47,455 bases of DNA from Cyanophyceae cyanobacterium (GCA_050331735.1 JBHJGN010000013.1:1-47455); one strand, 5' to 3'; shown: positions 18,556-28,498, numbered from the stretch's first letter. Numbers and translations are program-made. The notes: a model not told the origin generated them from the letters alone.

Positions 18556-20166
18556 TCACCTCCTCTCGTTCTGCTCTTGACGTTCCGTTTGGTTGAGCTG
18601 CTCCAGAGCGTCTCGGGCGGCTCGGGCCTCCCGCGCCTGCTGCTGGGCCTGCTGGCGATCGCGCCTAGCCTCTGCGATCTCCTCTTGCAGCTTGGTTCTC
18701 GCCTGCACGAGTCGGTTATTTTCTTGTCTTTTCTGGGCGAGCTGCTCGGAAATTTGTTCAAGCTTTTTCTCGGTCTCTGTTTTGGTCGTTTCTAGCTCCC
18801 CGATTTCTCGGCTAGCATCCTCTACCCTCTGGCTGGCGTTTTGCGCTACAACGGCGGCTCCGGCAGCGGCCATGAGCGAAACAATCACAACTGTTAGTCC
18901 CAGACGGATAGGGCGGGTTGGCCGTAACTCAGGCGGTAACACCGCGACTGAACTTTCCCGGGGCCAACTCTTGCTTCCGCCTTCCGTCGCTGCCAGCAGG
19001 GCTCCTCCGGAATGGGGGGGGAGAGCTGTCTCTGCGAGCGCCAAGTCCTGGGGATATCTTGTCCGAGTCTCTCGGCCCGGTTGCTCGACCGCGCCTAGAG
19101 AAATTAACTGCTCCCGAGCCCAGCTCTGGCTAAATATCTCTTGATAGATCCGATTGGCAAGCTCAAACTGCTGAGCTGTTTGCACGACTAACCCGAGATG
19201 CTGTAGCTCCGGGTCGGGCCGCGCCACTGTGCCCTCTTGCCAGCAGTAATACCGCCGCAGCAGACGATAGTTGTCGTCGCTTGTGAGCAAGCGATCGCAG
19301 ACGCTTCTCAAGTGGGCCAGGGGTGATCGCTCCCAGTTTTCGATGACCTGAGAGCGCACGATTTGTTCTACTCGCAGAGCCTCTTCTCCGGCGGCAATTT
19401 GCGGAGCAGCGAGAATCAACTGACAAAGCAGTTGGGTCAGGTAGGGGTGCCCGCCTGTCCAGTCAAGAATAGCGTCGAGGACTGCCTGGGGAGAGTCGCA
19501 GTGGTCTTGGAGTCCTTTCGCTAACGGCTCGACATTGTGAGAGTCAAAGGCGGTTAATTCAATTCTGCTGGCAATACTCCAAAAGCGATAGACTGACAAA
19601 CTCGGTTGTGTTGGTGGGGTGACTCCCAACAGAGCAAAGGTCAGACGCTGATACTCTGAAGATGACCTACGCCGCTCGTAGCAATAGCACAGCCACGCCC
19701 AAAAATCTTCCTGCCACTCCAGTTGAGCGATTATCTCGGCGTTATCAATAAAAATCACCAGCTTTTGGGGAATGGTCTGCAGTAATTCGCTCACAAATTC
19801 ATCAAGCCGCTGCATAGGAGACAGGTCTGCATACTCTCGCCACCAGTGCAGCACGTTGACCGGCAGAGCTAAATTTTTCTCGAGCTGACGAACAATTCCG
19901 AGATACCAGGCTTCTGCGGTCAGTTGACGGCCAATGGCGGGCAGTTGAATTGTGCAGCAGGCCACGTTCTGTGCCTGGAGCCGTCGCACCGTTTGTCCGC
20001 CTAGGCTAGACTTCCCCAGGCAGACTGAACCGAGAACGTAACAGTACTGACCTGCGATGAGCGCGTCATAAAACTCTCGATCGTGCGGTCGGTTGACGTA
20101 GCTTGGCGCTGTTTCTGATAGCGCTCCGCCTACCTGATAATAGGTTGAGCTTGATGCTGTCCTCAT
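18556..20166 (-). CDS. AAA-like (AAA_35-type) domain + TM helix + coiled coil
   Basis: YQVGGAL...SYVNR, GKSS, WTGGHPYLTQ, NRIYQEIF; Walker motifs degenerate. Confidence 0.8.
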   Translation of the reverse strand: MRTASSSTYYQVGGALSETAPSYVNRPHDREFYDALIAGQYCYVLGSVCLGKSSLGGQTVRRLQAQNVACCTIQLPAIGRQLTAEAWYLGIVRQLEKNLALPVNVLHWWREYADLSPMQRLDEFVSELLQTIPQKLVIFIDNAEIIAQLEWQEDFWAWLCYCYERRRSSSEYQRLTFALLGVTPPTQPSLSVYRFWSIASRIELTAFDSHNVEPLAKGLQDHCDSPQAVLDAILDWTGGHPYLTQLLCQLILAAPQIAAGEEALRVEQIVRSQVIENWERSPLAHLRSVCDRLLTSDDNYRLLRRYYCWQEGTVARPDPELQHLGLVVQTAQQFELANRIYQEIFSQSWAREQLISLGAVEQPGRETRTRYPQDLALAETALPPHSGGALLAATEGGSKSWPRESSVAVLPPELRPTRPIRLGLTVVIVSLMAAAGAAVVAQNASQRVEDASREIGELETTKTETEKKLEQISEQLAQKRQENNRLVQARTKLQEEIAEARRDRQQAQQQAREARAARDALEQLNQTERQEQNERR

Positions 20167-20401
20167 TGTTTTGCCTCCCTGGGCGATCGCGACAACAGCG
20201 CTTTAATTAAACACCATAATTACTGAAAATGTCGTTAACAATGAGTCACATAAGGTTAGCTTGGCCCTGAGCACGGTGAGCTTTCGTCGTTGAGATCGAC
20301 GAATGCCTTGAGCCTGCGGGAGCGCCGGGGAAAAGTTCCGCCTCGGAAGCACCGGAACGGTAAGTAACATATTGAGGCTCTTCTGACGGCGAGGACTTGA
20401 G

Positions 20402-21742
20402 TCAAATCTGACTTTGTTCTAACCGACGAATCGATTCCGCTGGTCGTTTAGTTAGCGCTGGCTCCTCTTTGTGGAGAGAAAGGACAATGGTAACGTATAG
20501 CAGCCAACAGAAGATAGACAAAGAGTTGAATAACACACTTTCCGTGACGTTACACAGCACCAGAAACGTTAAATAGGTCAGTGCCCAAAGACTCACCAAT
20601 GGGCGTCGGCGCAGGCTCAGTAACGCCTGAACGCAGACCGTCAAGAAGCTATAGATAAATATCGACAGACCAAGAAACCCAAGGTCGAGCCACAAATCTA
20701 ACCAGCCATTATGAGCGTGAGCTGCCCAGTCACCAAGGACTCGCCGGACCGCTTGCGAACCATCACTGACTAGCCAAAAACCTCCGTAGCCATAGCCAAG
20801 CCACGGACGTTCCCAGATGTGCTCAATTAAGAGAGACCACAGCTCTGTCCGACCAGAAAAGGAGAGATCTCGGCCTAGGGCATTCAGCATCGTTTCTAAG
20901 TTGAAGAGGCCCAGAACCACTATGGTGACCGCGATATTGAGCAGCACCACGAGCGCGGATAAAGCGAATGGAGAATTCCGCTGTAGCTTAGTTAAATAGA
21001 ACCATCGCAACGCCTGGAATAGTCCCCAAGCGACGATGACGATGCCAAGAATAGCCAGAGCGGTAATGGATGTTGAGCCGATGACTAGCCCCACTGACAG
21101 GCTACAGCCAGCCCACGCGACCCAGCGAGACTGACGGCTGCTCCGGGCCAGCAAAAAGAATACGAAGGTACTGAGAACCATCATGGTTCCTAAAACGTTT
21201 TTGTGTGGGAAGACACCGCGCCAAGTTCCTCGATGGGTCATTTCTTGGGCTTTCCCGACGATGGAGCTGCCCATGCCCATCACTCCGTAGTGGGGCAGTC
21301 CCCAAATGAAGATGACGCTCAGCACTGCTGCGATTCCAAATGTCCAGCCCAAGAGGCGCAACTGCTCTTTGACCGAGTAGCGCACGGCAAAGAAGACCCC
21401 AAACAAACTGGCGTTCAGCAGCACCAGAAATCGACGCAGAGTGGCGGTCGGCTCCTCAGACCACAGCGCTGATGCTAGGGCAAGCGCGAGCAGCACCCAC
21501 AGCAGCTTTTCCTTCCGGACAAGGGCGAGCACTTGCCGATGCCAAAGAGCCACCAGGAAACAGTTGACTGCTAGCACAAACAGAGGGAGTGCGACTCTCA
21601 AGACTGCTTCAGAAGCGATCGCGCTCTCCTCGAGAGTGGAAAGCAGAGCTCCAGCAAAGAAGAGCAGCGCAAAGACAGCAAAACTTTTTTCAATGAGTTC
21701 CAGCGCCCGTTGAGACTGAATGGGCAGGGGGAGATTCAGCAC
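20402..21742 (-). CDS. O-antigen ligase / Wzy polymerase family protein
   Basis: Multi-TM, WRGVFPHKN, SGRTELW, RPWLGYGYG, HAHNGWL. Confidence 0.88.
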   Translation of the reverse strand: MLNLPLPIQSQRALELIEKSFAVFALLFFAGALLSTLEESAIASEAVLRVALPLFVLAVNCFLVALWHRQVLALVRKEKLLWVLLALALASALWSEEPTATLRRFLVLLNASLFGVFFAVRYSVKEQLRLLGWTFGIAAVLSVIFIWGLPHYGVMGMGSSIVGKAQEMTHRGTWRGVFPHKNVLGTMMVLSTFVFFLLARSSRQSRWVAWAGCSLSVGLVIGSTSITALAILGIVIVAWGLFQALRWFYLTKLQRNSPFALSALVVLLNIAVTIVVLGLFNLETMLNALGRDLSFSGRTELWSLLIEHIWERPWLGYGYGGFWLVSDGSQAVRRVLGDWAAHAHNGWLDLWLDLGFLGLSIFIYSFLTVCVQALLSLRRRPLVSLWALTYLTFLVLCNVTESVLFNSLSIFCWLLYVTIVLSLHKEEPALTKRPAESIRRLEQSQI

Positions 21743-21866
21743 GCTTCGATCGTTAATGCTCTCATCAGATACTCCTAAATTTTACTCAATCGACAAGAGC
21801 AGAAGAAAACTAATGACCAGGAAGTGACTCGGCGCTCGCTCCTCGTTTTGGAGCCGACAAAAGAGT

Positions 21867-21896
21867 ACCCTACCTCCGCCAAGGGCAAAGGTAGGG
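21867..21896 (-). terminator. Hairpin / candidate minus-strand terminator
   Basis: CCCTACCT...AGGTAGGG stem, followed on the minus strand by CTCTTTT. Confidence 0.45.
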
Positions 21897-22282
21897 CAGC
21901 CAGCTAGCTTAAAAATATAGGGTTAGTATAGCTTAACAAACTGACCCGTTACGTCCACCAACTCAGATCGCTCTGGTCGAGGGTTGCGCCTCGCCTCGTT
22001 GGTGACTAAGTGAAGGAAGCGATAAAAACTCCACAGCCGCACTTGCCAATTCGCTTGTTAATCGTACTGTCCCTAGCCTGCCAGTTCGCTCTCCTTCGGC
22101 TTCGGGCAATGAGTCACAGCGACAAAACCCTCATCCAGTACAGTTATAATCTATCACTTGTCGCTGACTGAAGCGATCTGCCTAAAGTTGCAAAGTAGCT
22201 CTCTCACTCGAAGTAAAGTCAAGCAGGATAATGCTCTACCTTTTGTCAGAGCAATAGCGATATCCCTTGAACGCGGCTTGCC

Positions 22283-22888
22283 TCAAGAGCGCTCGTTAGT
22301 TGCGTGACGGCTGTTGTAGAGACTCATCGCTTTCTCTACCCCTTCCTTGAGACTGGCTTCAACGGCCTCAACCGCTAAGTGTAGTACTGGCGCAATCACC
22401 GCCGCTTCCTCAGGAGAAAAACGCCCCAGCACGTGAGATACCGTTGCTTGGGAGCCTGACTGACCGATGCCGATGCGCAAGCGCGGGAAGTCTTGGCTCC
22501 CCAAGTGAGAAATAATTGATTTCATCCCATTATGTCCTCCCGCAGAACCAGACAGGCGCAACCGCAAACGCCCCACTGGCAGATCCATATCGTCGTAGAT
22601 TACTAGCAGAGACTGGGGAGCCAGTTTGTACCAGTCTACTGCAGCCCGAACCGACTGTCCGGAACGGTTCATGTAGGTGAGGGGCTTAAGCAAGCGAATT
22701 TTTGTTCTGCCGATGCTGCCTTCTGCGATGACTCCCTGAAAGCGACGCTGCTGCTGCCAGGAGAAGTGCCAAGCTTTAGCGAGGGCATCAACAGCCTCAA
22801 AACCGACGTTATGACGGGTTTTGTCATATTTTGGCTCTGGATTGCCTAAGCCAATAATCAGTTGAGGAGCGATGGCGGATTGAACCAT
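22283..22888 (-). CDS. pth: Peptidyl-tRNA hydrolase
   Basis: GLGNP, TRHNVG, KPLTYMNRSG, SAGGHNG. Confidence 0.97.
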   Translation of the reverse strand: MVQSAIAPQLIIGLGNPEPKYDKTRHNVGFEAVDALAKAWHFSWQQQRRFQGVIAEGSIGRTKIRLLKPLTYMNRSGQSVRAAVDWYKLAPQSLLVIYDDMDLPVGRLRLRLSGSAGGHNGMKSIISHLGSQDFPRLRIGIGQSGSQATVSHVLGRFSPEEAAVIAPVLHLAVEAVEASLKEGVEKAMSLYNSRHATNERS

Positions 22889-22903
22889 TGAAGCAAGCTT
22901 GGA

Positions 22904-23125
22904 TCAGCTTGACTGCTGAAATAAAGTTTCTAAATAAACCCGAGCGCAGGCGCGATAGTTTGGAGAAGCCGAGAAAGACTGGCTACCGTCATTTTGAAGT
23001 AAAAATAGTGACAGAGCGGCAGCAAATACCCGGTCTTGGTCCCAAGTAGGATGACTGTCTAGATAATTTCTCAGAGAGTGATGGAGCTCTTCGGGAATTT
23101 CAGTCAGGATGCTAATGGTTGACAT
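22904..23125 (-). CDS. DUF2811 family protein
   Basis: EIPEELH...YLDSHPTWDQDRVFAAALSLFLLQN. Confidence 0.8.
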   Translation of the reverse strand: MSTISILTEIPEELHHSLRNYLDSHPTWDQDRVFAAALSLFLLQNDGSQSFSASPNYRACARVYLETLFQQSS

Positions 23126-23412
23126 AGTTACCTCTATTTAATCAGATGGTCATCGGAACAAATAGATTGTTCACACAGGAAAGGAACGGGCAATGTACCT
23201 AGGGATAGATCTAGGTTTGCAGACGAAGCCTTCTCGTCTGCAAAAATTTGTCTAGATGTTTGCCGTTGAACCCGATGACAGCCAAATCGTTTTTTAGTTG
23301 GTCGCACTATTTTCAGGAAGATGAGAGGGATTTGTCAATGCTACGAAACATTACATTTTTCTTTGGAAAGAAAAAAGATTTACGAAATAATGGGCGTTTG
23401 AAGCGCTTTTTC

Positions 23413-23430
23413 GTTACTTTAGTTTACATT
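23413..23430 (+). promoter_or_regulatory. HLR1-like (RpaB) direct repeat
   Basis: GTTACTTT-AG-TTTACATT, one mismatch to (G/T)TTACA(T/A)(T/A)-N2 repeat. Confidence 0.45.
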
Positions 23431-23513
23431 AACTCGGTAGAGCGAGGAGAAATCCGAATCAAAACCGAATATCCCCGGCTCAATCGTCAAAACCTGATGG
23501 TACCGTTTGAACT

Positions 23514-23588
23514 TGTGGAAAAGCTTGAGCGAATTGGGGAAAACAGCGGAAATCTTTGTGGAAATAGTGGGGAATCTGTGGGGGAAAA
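23514..23588 (-). promoter_or_regulatory. Cluster of co-oriented DnaA-box-like nonamers
   Basis: TGTGGAAAA (= TTTTCCACA) at 23514, TGGGGAAAA 23535, TGTGGAAAT 23557, weaker copies near 23545, 23568 and 23580. Confidence 0.55.
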
Positions 23589-23628
23589 AGAACCAAAAAA
23601 TAAGAATTGCAAAGAGAAAAAAATTATT

Positions 23629-25134
23629 TCACATCTTCTCCTGTGTCTGTTGTCTCCATTGCGCTGCTAGAGAGCGTATTTGAGCCAGTTCTGCGGTCGG
23701 CATTTGCCGTAGCTGCTTTAAGACTAAATTCATCCGACCTTGATTGTGTAGCTGATCGGTATGGCGAGCCAAAAAGTCCCAGTAGAAAAAGTTGAAAGGA
23801 CAAGCTTTGGCTCCAGTGCGATCGCGCCGACTGTAAACGCAGCGTTGGCAGTAGTCGCTCATGCGGTTGATATAGTTAGCCGAGGACGCATAGGGCTTAG
23901 AAGCCAATATTCCGCCGTCGGCGAACTGACCCATGCCAATCACGTTGGTCTGCATCACCCAATCGTAGGCATCGATAAACGCCGCGTGGAACCAGTTTTC
24001 AATTTCTTGAGGAACCACCCCGACAATCAGCGCAAAATTACTTAGCACCATCAGCCGCTGAATATGATGAGCATAACCGGTACGCTCAACCTGGGAAAGA
24101 ACTTGACGCAGGCAGTTCATCTCAGTCTGAGTGCTGTCCCAGTAAAAGTGAGGGAGGGGCTGAGTGTGGTTTAACCAGTTCTTCTGGGCATACTCCTCCC
24201 CCAAATAGTGGTAAATGCCGTGCATGTACTCCCGCCATCCCAACACCTGACGAATAAATCCCTCCACCGAGTTGAGGGCCAAATCGCGGTCGTAGAAAGC
24301 CTTCTCTGCGGCGTTAATCGCCTCCATTGGTCTTAATAACCCAATGTTGAAGTAGGGCGACAGCAGAGCATGCCACATTGTTTCTTCCCCCGTCATCATG
24401 GCATCTTGGTAGGGACCAAACAGGGGCAGGCGATCGCTCAGGAAGGACTCTAAAACCGCCACCGCCTGCTGACGAGTCACTCCCCACCGAAACGGCTCAA
24501 CCGCTCCGTAGCCACCCGTCAAGGTTTTTACCCGCTCGATCGTGGTTCGGGTGATATCATCTGGCTCAAACCAGAGGGCCTCCGGGGTGGTGAGCTGCCT
24601 GCGAGGTGGTTTACGGTTTTGCTTATCTAGATTCCATTGGCCTCCGACGGGCTTCGCTTCAGCCATCAAGATCTGAAATCGCTGGCGTCCTTCCCGATAA
24701 AAATCTTCCATCACCAAGCGCTTCCGGGACTCGGCCCACCGCCCAAATTCGTCGGCACTCCACAGAAAGTGATTGTTGGGAATCCAATTAACTGAACAGG
24801 GAAGAGACAACTGGCGAATGAGCTGAGCAAACGGACGGTCGGTGGGAGACATAATCCGCAGTTCAGTCACGTTGTGTTCTGCAATCCAGCGCTGGAGAGG
24901 TGCTTCAAACTCGTCCGCCATCGCGTAAGTGACCGACCAGCCCGCCACCCGCAACTGCTGCGCAAAATGCCGCATCGCCGACCAGACTAGCACGAGCTTC
25001 TGGCGATGATAGGGTCGCTGCTGAACGTACTCACTAGACTCTACTAAAATCACGGGGGTTCGGCGATCGCACGATGCTAGAGCAGCCTGCTCAGCCCAGA
25101 GTTGATCCCCAAGTATCCAAACGCCAATCGTCAT
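23629..25134 (-). CDS. Cryptochrome/photolyase family protein, Fe-S (FeS-BCP / CryPro) type
   Basis: WILGDQL, HRQKL, FGPYQDAM, GWREY, HHIQRLM, SDYCQRC, ACPFN; start ATG 25134. Confidence 0.92.
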   Translation of the reverse strand: MTIGVWILGDQLWAEQAALASCDRRTPVILVESSEYVQQRPYHRQKLVLVWSAMRHFAQQLRVAGWSVTYAMADEFEAPLQRWIAEHNVTELRIMSPTDRPFAQLIRQLSLPCSVNWIPNNHFLWSADEFGRWAESRKRLVMEDFYREGRQRFQILMAEAKPVGGQWNLDKQNRKPPRRQLTTPEALWFEPDDITRTTIERVKTLTGGYGAVEPFRWGVTRQQAVAVLESFLSDRLPLFGPYQDAMMTGEETMWHALLSPYFNIGLLRPMEAINAAEKAFYDRDLALNSVEGFIRQVLGWREYMHGIYHYLGEEYAQKNWLNHTQPLPHFYWDSTQTEMNCLRQVLSQVERTGYAHHIQRLMVLSNFALIVGVVPQEIENWFHAAFIDAYDWVMQTNVIGMGQFADGGILASKPYASSANYINRMSDYCQRCVYSRRDRTGAKACPFNFFYWDFLARHTDQLHNQGRMNLVLKQLRQMPTAELAQIRSLAAQWRQQTQEKM

Positions 25135-25216
25135 AACGAGCTTTTCTGAAACATCTATTATTGATATAGCAGTTCTTGCGGAGCGTGAGGGACAGAGGAG
25201 CAGCACTTAGGGAGCA

Positions 25217-26368
25217 ATGAACCATCAACTTGTTGCTGAAGCCTTATCGGTAGATGGATTAACAGCCTACATTCAAGAGCTTTTAGAAGACGATCTTCAG
25301 CTCCAGCAAGTGTGGGTAACTGGGGAAGTCACGAGCCTGAGCAACCATCGCAGCGGCTTGTTTTTTACCCTCAGCGATCCTCAAGGCAGTGCGGCGATTC
25401 GCTGTATCGTCTGGCAGTCTCAGCGCCAACAACTGGTGCAGCAGCCCCAGCAAGGCGAGCAAATTGTCGTTTTAGGCAGTATGCGGCTCTACCCTAAACG
25501 AGGCGAATATCAGCTCAACGTGTTTCAGGCGATCGCCGCCGGGGCAGGATTGCAGGCTCTGCGAACTCAACAGCTCCGCGCTCGCCTCGAGGCCGAAGGA
25601 CTGTTTGAGCCGCAGCGCAAGCGCCGCCTGCCCTTCCATCCCCAAACCATTGCCGTTGTTACCTCGCCCACCGCCGCCGCCTGGGGGGATATTCAGCGCA
25701 CCCTCAGCCAGCGCTATCCAGGGCTCCATCTGATTTTGTCTCCGGCGACGGTGCAAGGAACCCAGGCTCCGGCAGCCATTGCTACCGCCATCGAGCGGGT
25801 CAACCACGACGGACGCGCTGAAGTCATTATCCTAGCGCGGGGCGGCGGCTCTACCGAGGATTTAAGCTGTTTTAACAACGAGCAAGTCGTCAGAGCGATC
25901 GCCACCAGCACGATTCCGATTATTACCGGAATTGGTCATGAGCGAGATCAATCCCTCGCCGATTTAGTCGCCGACGCGAGCGTTCATACCCCCACCGCCG
26001 CTGCCGAAAGAGTCGTGCCCCAGTATACTCAGCTTGTCGTTGAGCATCAGGAGCGAGTTCAGCTCTTGCTCAGCGCTCTTCAAAGGCGGCTCGCCCAAGA
26101 AACCGACCACCTCGAACAGCTTCAGTCTCGTCTGATTCGTTTGCCTACCACCGCTCGCTCTTTGGAACGGGCGCTTGCCCACTGTCAACTCCTGCGTCAA
26201 AAGCTAACGGCTCTCGATCCGCACGCTGTCTTGGCCAGAGGCTATGCCCTCGTCCAACAGAATCAAACGCTGGTTCAGTCTACCGCTAATTTAGCTCTCG
26301 ACCAAGAAATTACGGTACAGTTAGCCCAAGGTTCATTGACAGCAAAAATTATCGAAATCCATGAGTAG
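25217..26368 (+). CDS. xseA: Exodeoxyribonuclease VII large subunit
   Basis: [37 protein letters not shown]. Confidence 0.96.
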   Translation: MNHQLVAEALSVDGLTAYIQELLEDDLQLQQVWVTGEVTSLSNHRSGLFFTLSDPQGSAAIRCIVWQSQRQQLVQQPQQGEQIVVLGSMRLYPKRGEYQLNVFQAIAAGAGLQALRTQQLRARLEAEGLFEPQRKRRLPFHPQTIAVVTSPTAAAWGDIQRTLSQRYPGLHLILSPATVQGTQAPAAIATAIERVNHDGRAEVIILARGGGSTEDLSCFNNEQVVRAIATSTIPIITGIGHERDQSLADLVADASVHTPTAAAERVVPQYTQLVVEHQERVQLLLSALQRRLAQETDHLEQLQSRLIRLPTTARSLERALAHCQLLRQKLTALDPHAVLARGYALVQQNQTLVQSTANLALDQEITVQLAQGSLTAKIIEIHE

Positions 26369-26573
26369 CGATCGCGAATGGAACTACGAAGCAACGGTGG
26401 CTGAAGTCGAAGAGATTGCCGCTCAAATTGAGTCTGGTTCGCTTGCCCTCGAAGCAGTGTTTGAGCAATTTGCCACCGCCGTTAAGAAGCTAAATCAGTG
26501 TGAAATCTTCTTAGCCCAGGGCAAGCAGCGCATGGAAACCCTTGTAGAAACGTTAGAAGACCTAGATTTTTGA
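26361..26573 (+). CDS. xseB: Exodeoxyribonuclease VII small subunit
   Basis: [11 protein letters not shown]...IESGSLAL; overlaps the xseA stop. Confidence 0.9.
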   Translation: MSSDREWNYEATVAEVEEIAAQIESGSLALEAVFEQFATAVKKLNQCEIFLAQGKQRMETLVETLEDLDF

Positions 26574-26585
26574 GCTTTTCGATAT

Positions 26586-26641
26586 CTGTTGATGGTTAAT
26601 GGTCAAAGGGCAATAAGCAATGAACAATCAGCCATCAACAC
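26586..26641. repeat. Inverted TG(T/G)T(G/C)AT heptamer repeat hairpin
   Basis: TGTTGATGGTTAATGG...ATGAACAATCAGCCATCAACA. Confidence 0.55.
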
Positions 26642-26677
26642 AAAAAATTTCAAGTTGCCCCTTACTAGTGCCAAATT

Positions 26678-27289
26678 ATGATTGATCTTTATACCTTTAC
26701 CACTCCCAACGGACGTAAACCGGCTATTCTGCTTGAAGAACTTGGTTTGCCCTACAGCCCGATTAAGATAGACATCACGAAGGGAGAACAATTTGCTCCT
26801 AAATTTGTGCAAATTAATCCCAACAGTAAAATTCCCGCGATCGTCGATCGAGAGACAGACATAGCCGTTTTCGAGTCAGGGGCAATTTTGATTTATCTTG
26901 CTGAAAAAACGGGCAGTCAACTGCTGCCAACCGAGGCAAAAAGCCGCTCTCAAGCGCTCGAATGGTTAATGTTTCAGATGGCCAATGTCGGACCGATGTT
27001 TGGTCAGCTCGGTCACTTTAAAAACTCAGCCCCAGAAGAGATTCCTTACGCGCTTTCTCGCTATGAAAAAGAAACCTTGCGCCTGTATGGCGTATTGAAT
27101 GGGCAATTAGAAAAGCACAACTATTTAGCAGGAAATTATTCCATTGCCGATATCGCCACCTACCCCTGGGTGATGGGCTACGAATATCTCGGATTAACCC
27201 TCGACAATCACCCTCACCTCCAGCGCTGGGTAGAAACCCTTCAACAACGTCCGGCTGTGCAAAAAGGGATGGCGATTTTGTCTGAGTAA
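26678..27289 (+). CDS. Glutathione S-transferase (YfcG/Ure2-like)
   Basis: TPNGRK, INPNSKIPAI, FESGAIL, YSIADIA. Confidence 0.93.
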   Translation: MIDLYTFTTPNGRKPAILLEELGLPYSPIKIDITKGEQFAPKFVQINPNSKIPAIVDRETDIAVFESGAILIYLAEKTGSQLLPTEAKSRSQALEWLMFQMANVGPMFGQLGHFKNSAPEEIPYALSRYEKETLRLYGVLNGQLEKHNYLAGNYSIADIATYPWVMGYEYLGLTLDNHPHLQRWVETLQQRPAVQKGMAILSE

Positions 27290-27460
27290 AGCGCTCTAGT
27301 TGCTCTTCTTACAAAGTCTGACGGCCTGGATTGAGGCTCCTACCGTTTTAGCGATAACAGAAACTGTGTCCATATTAAAGCCAGCCTCTCTTTCTCTCCT
27401 GACTTAACCGCTTTTATAATGCTTGTAGCGTTACCGAAACGAATCTCTCTCTTGTGAAGT

Positions 27461-27538
27461 GTTGCTGGTTGATGGTTGATTGTTCATTGTTCATGGTGGG
27501 TAGAAACTATTTTCCCATCAACAATGAACAATCAACAA
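27461..27538. repeat. Inverted heptamer (STRR-like) hairpin downstream of crtB
   Basis: GTTGATTGTTCATTGTTCATGG...CCATCAACAATGAACAATCAAC. Confidence 0.65.
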
Positions 27539-27571
27539 ATTCCCTATTCGTTGTGCATGGGATCAGTTAAC

Positions 27572-28498
27572 CTAGAGTGCTTGCGCTCTCAGCCAAGCAA
27601 TGGGTAAGTAGAGTAACTTCTTTGGTTTGGGAACGAACGCCCGACGGTTGAAAACGTCGTACTGATTTTTTTCGATGTAGTCCAAAATTCCCTGATAGAG
27701 CATCAAAGCAGCCCAAACGGGCCAGCGAGAGTCGGCACTGAGGGCCTTGATGCCGCTTTCTGCCTGACTGTAGTAGGTTCTAGCTCGCTCGATTTCAAAG
27801 CGCATCAGCTTCTTCCAGCGCTCGTCGTTAATCCCCTTCAGTAACTCGGCTTCGGTGTAGTTGAAGCGCTCTAAATCTTCTAAAGGAAGATAAATGCGTC
27901 CCCGTTGGGCATCTTCTCCCACATCGCGCAAGATGTTGGTGAGCTGGTTAGCAATGCCGAGGGCGATCGCCTCCTCAACCGGTCCGTCATGGCGCTGGCG
28001 GTTCCAGGGCGCGGTGCGATGCCCCTGCTCAATCCCGAGCACATCGCTCGACATCAGCCCCACCGTCCCCGCTACCCGATAGCAGTACAGATTGAGTTCC
28101 TCAAACGTCTGGTAGCGGCAGCGATGCAGGTCCATTCGCTGTCCGGCGATCATGTCTCGAAACGGCTGAATATCGAGGGGAAAGCGATTAACGGTATCGA
28201 CGAGAGCGACATCGGGATCGGTAAACGGCCTCCCGGCAAAAATAGCCTCTAGCTGTTCTTCCCACCGCTCTAGGGTTTCTAGGGTTGTAAACCGCGACTG
28301 CGGACCATCGACTAATTCATCGGTGCGCCGACACCAGACATAAATTGCCCAAATTGCTTGCCGTTTCTCCCGCGGCATCAGTAACGTGCCCAGGTAAAAC
28401 GTCTTGGAGTACTTTGCCGTAATCTGACGGCAATATTCGTAGGCCTCCTCGATAGAGGCTAGGGGGTCCGTAGATTGAGGTCTAGGCGATTGCAGCAT
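27572..28498 (-). CDS. crtB: Phytoene synthase
   Basis: YSKTFYLG, CRRTDELVD, YCYRVAGTVG, NQLTNILRDVGED. Confidence 0.97.
   Translation of the reverse strand: MLQSPRPQSTDPLASIEEAYEYCRQITAKYSKTFYLGTLLMPREKRQAIWAIYVWCRRTDELVDGPQSRFTTLETLERWEEQLEAIFAGRPFTDPDVALVDTVNRFPLDIQPFRDMIAGQRMDLHRCRYQTFEELNLYCYRVAGTVGLMSSDVLGIEQGHRTAPWNRQRHDGPVEEAIALGIANQLTNILRDVGEDAQRGRIYLPLEDLERFNYTEAELLKGINDERWKKLMRFEIERARTYYSQAESGIKALSADSRWPVWAALMLYQGILDYIEKNQYDVFNRRAFVPKPKKLLYLPIAWLRAQAL

Noticed and set aside
18593..19144. 183-aa antisense ORF
   Set aside because: Antisense shadow of the coiled-coil coding region
20239..22118. Exact 12-mer CAATGAGTCACA in two intergenic regions
   Set aside because: One such pair is expected by chance in this much intergenic DNA, and it is not a full TGTGA-N6-TCACA site
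23248..23670. 140-aa plus-strand ORF
   Set aside because: Not protein-like, overlaps the photolyase 3' end, and runs over the regulatory/DnaA-box-like region
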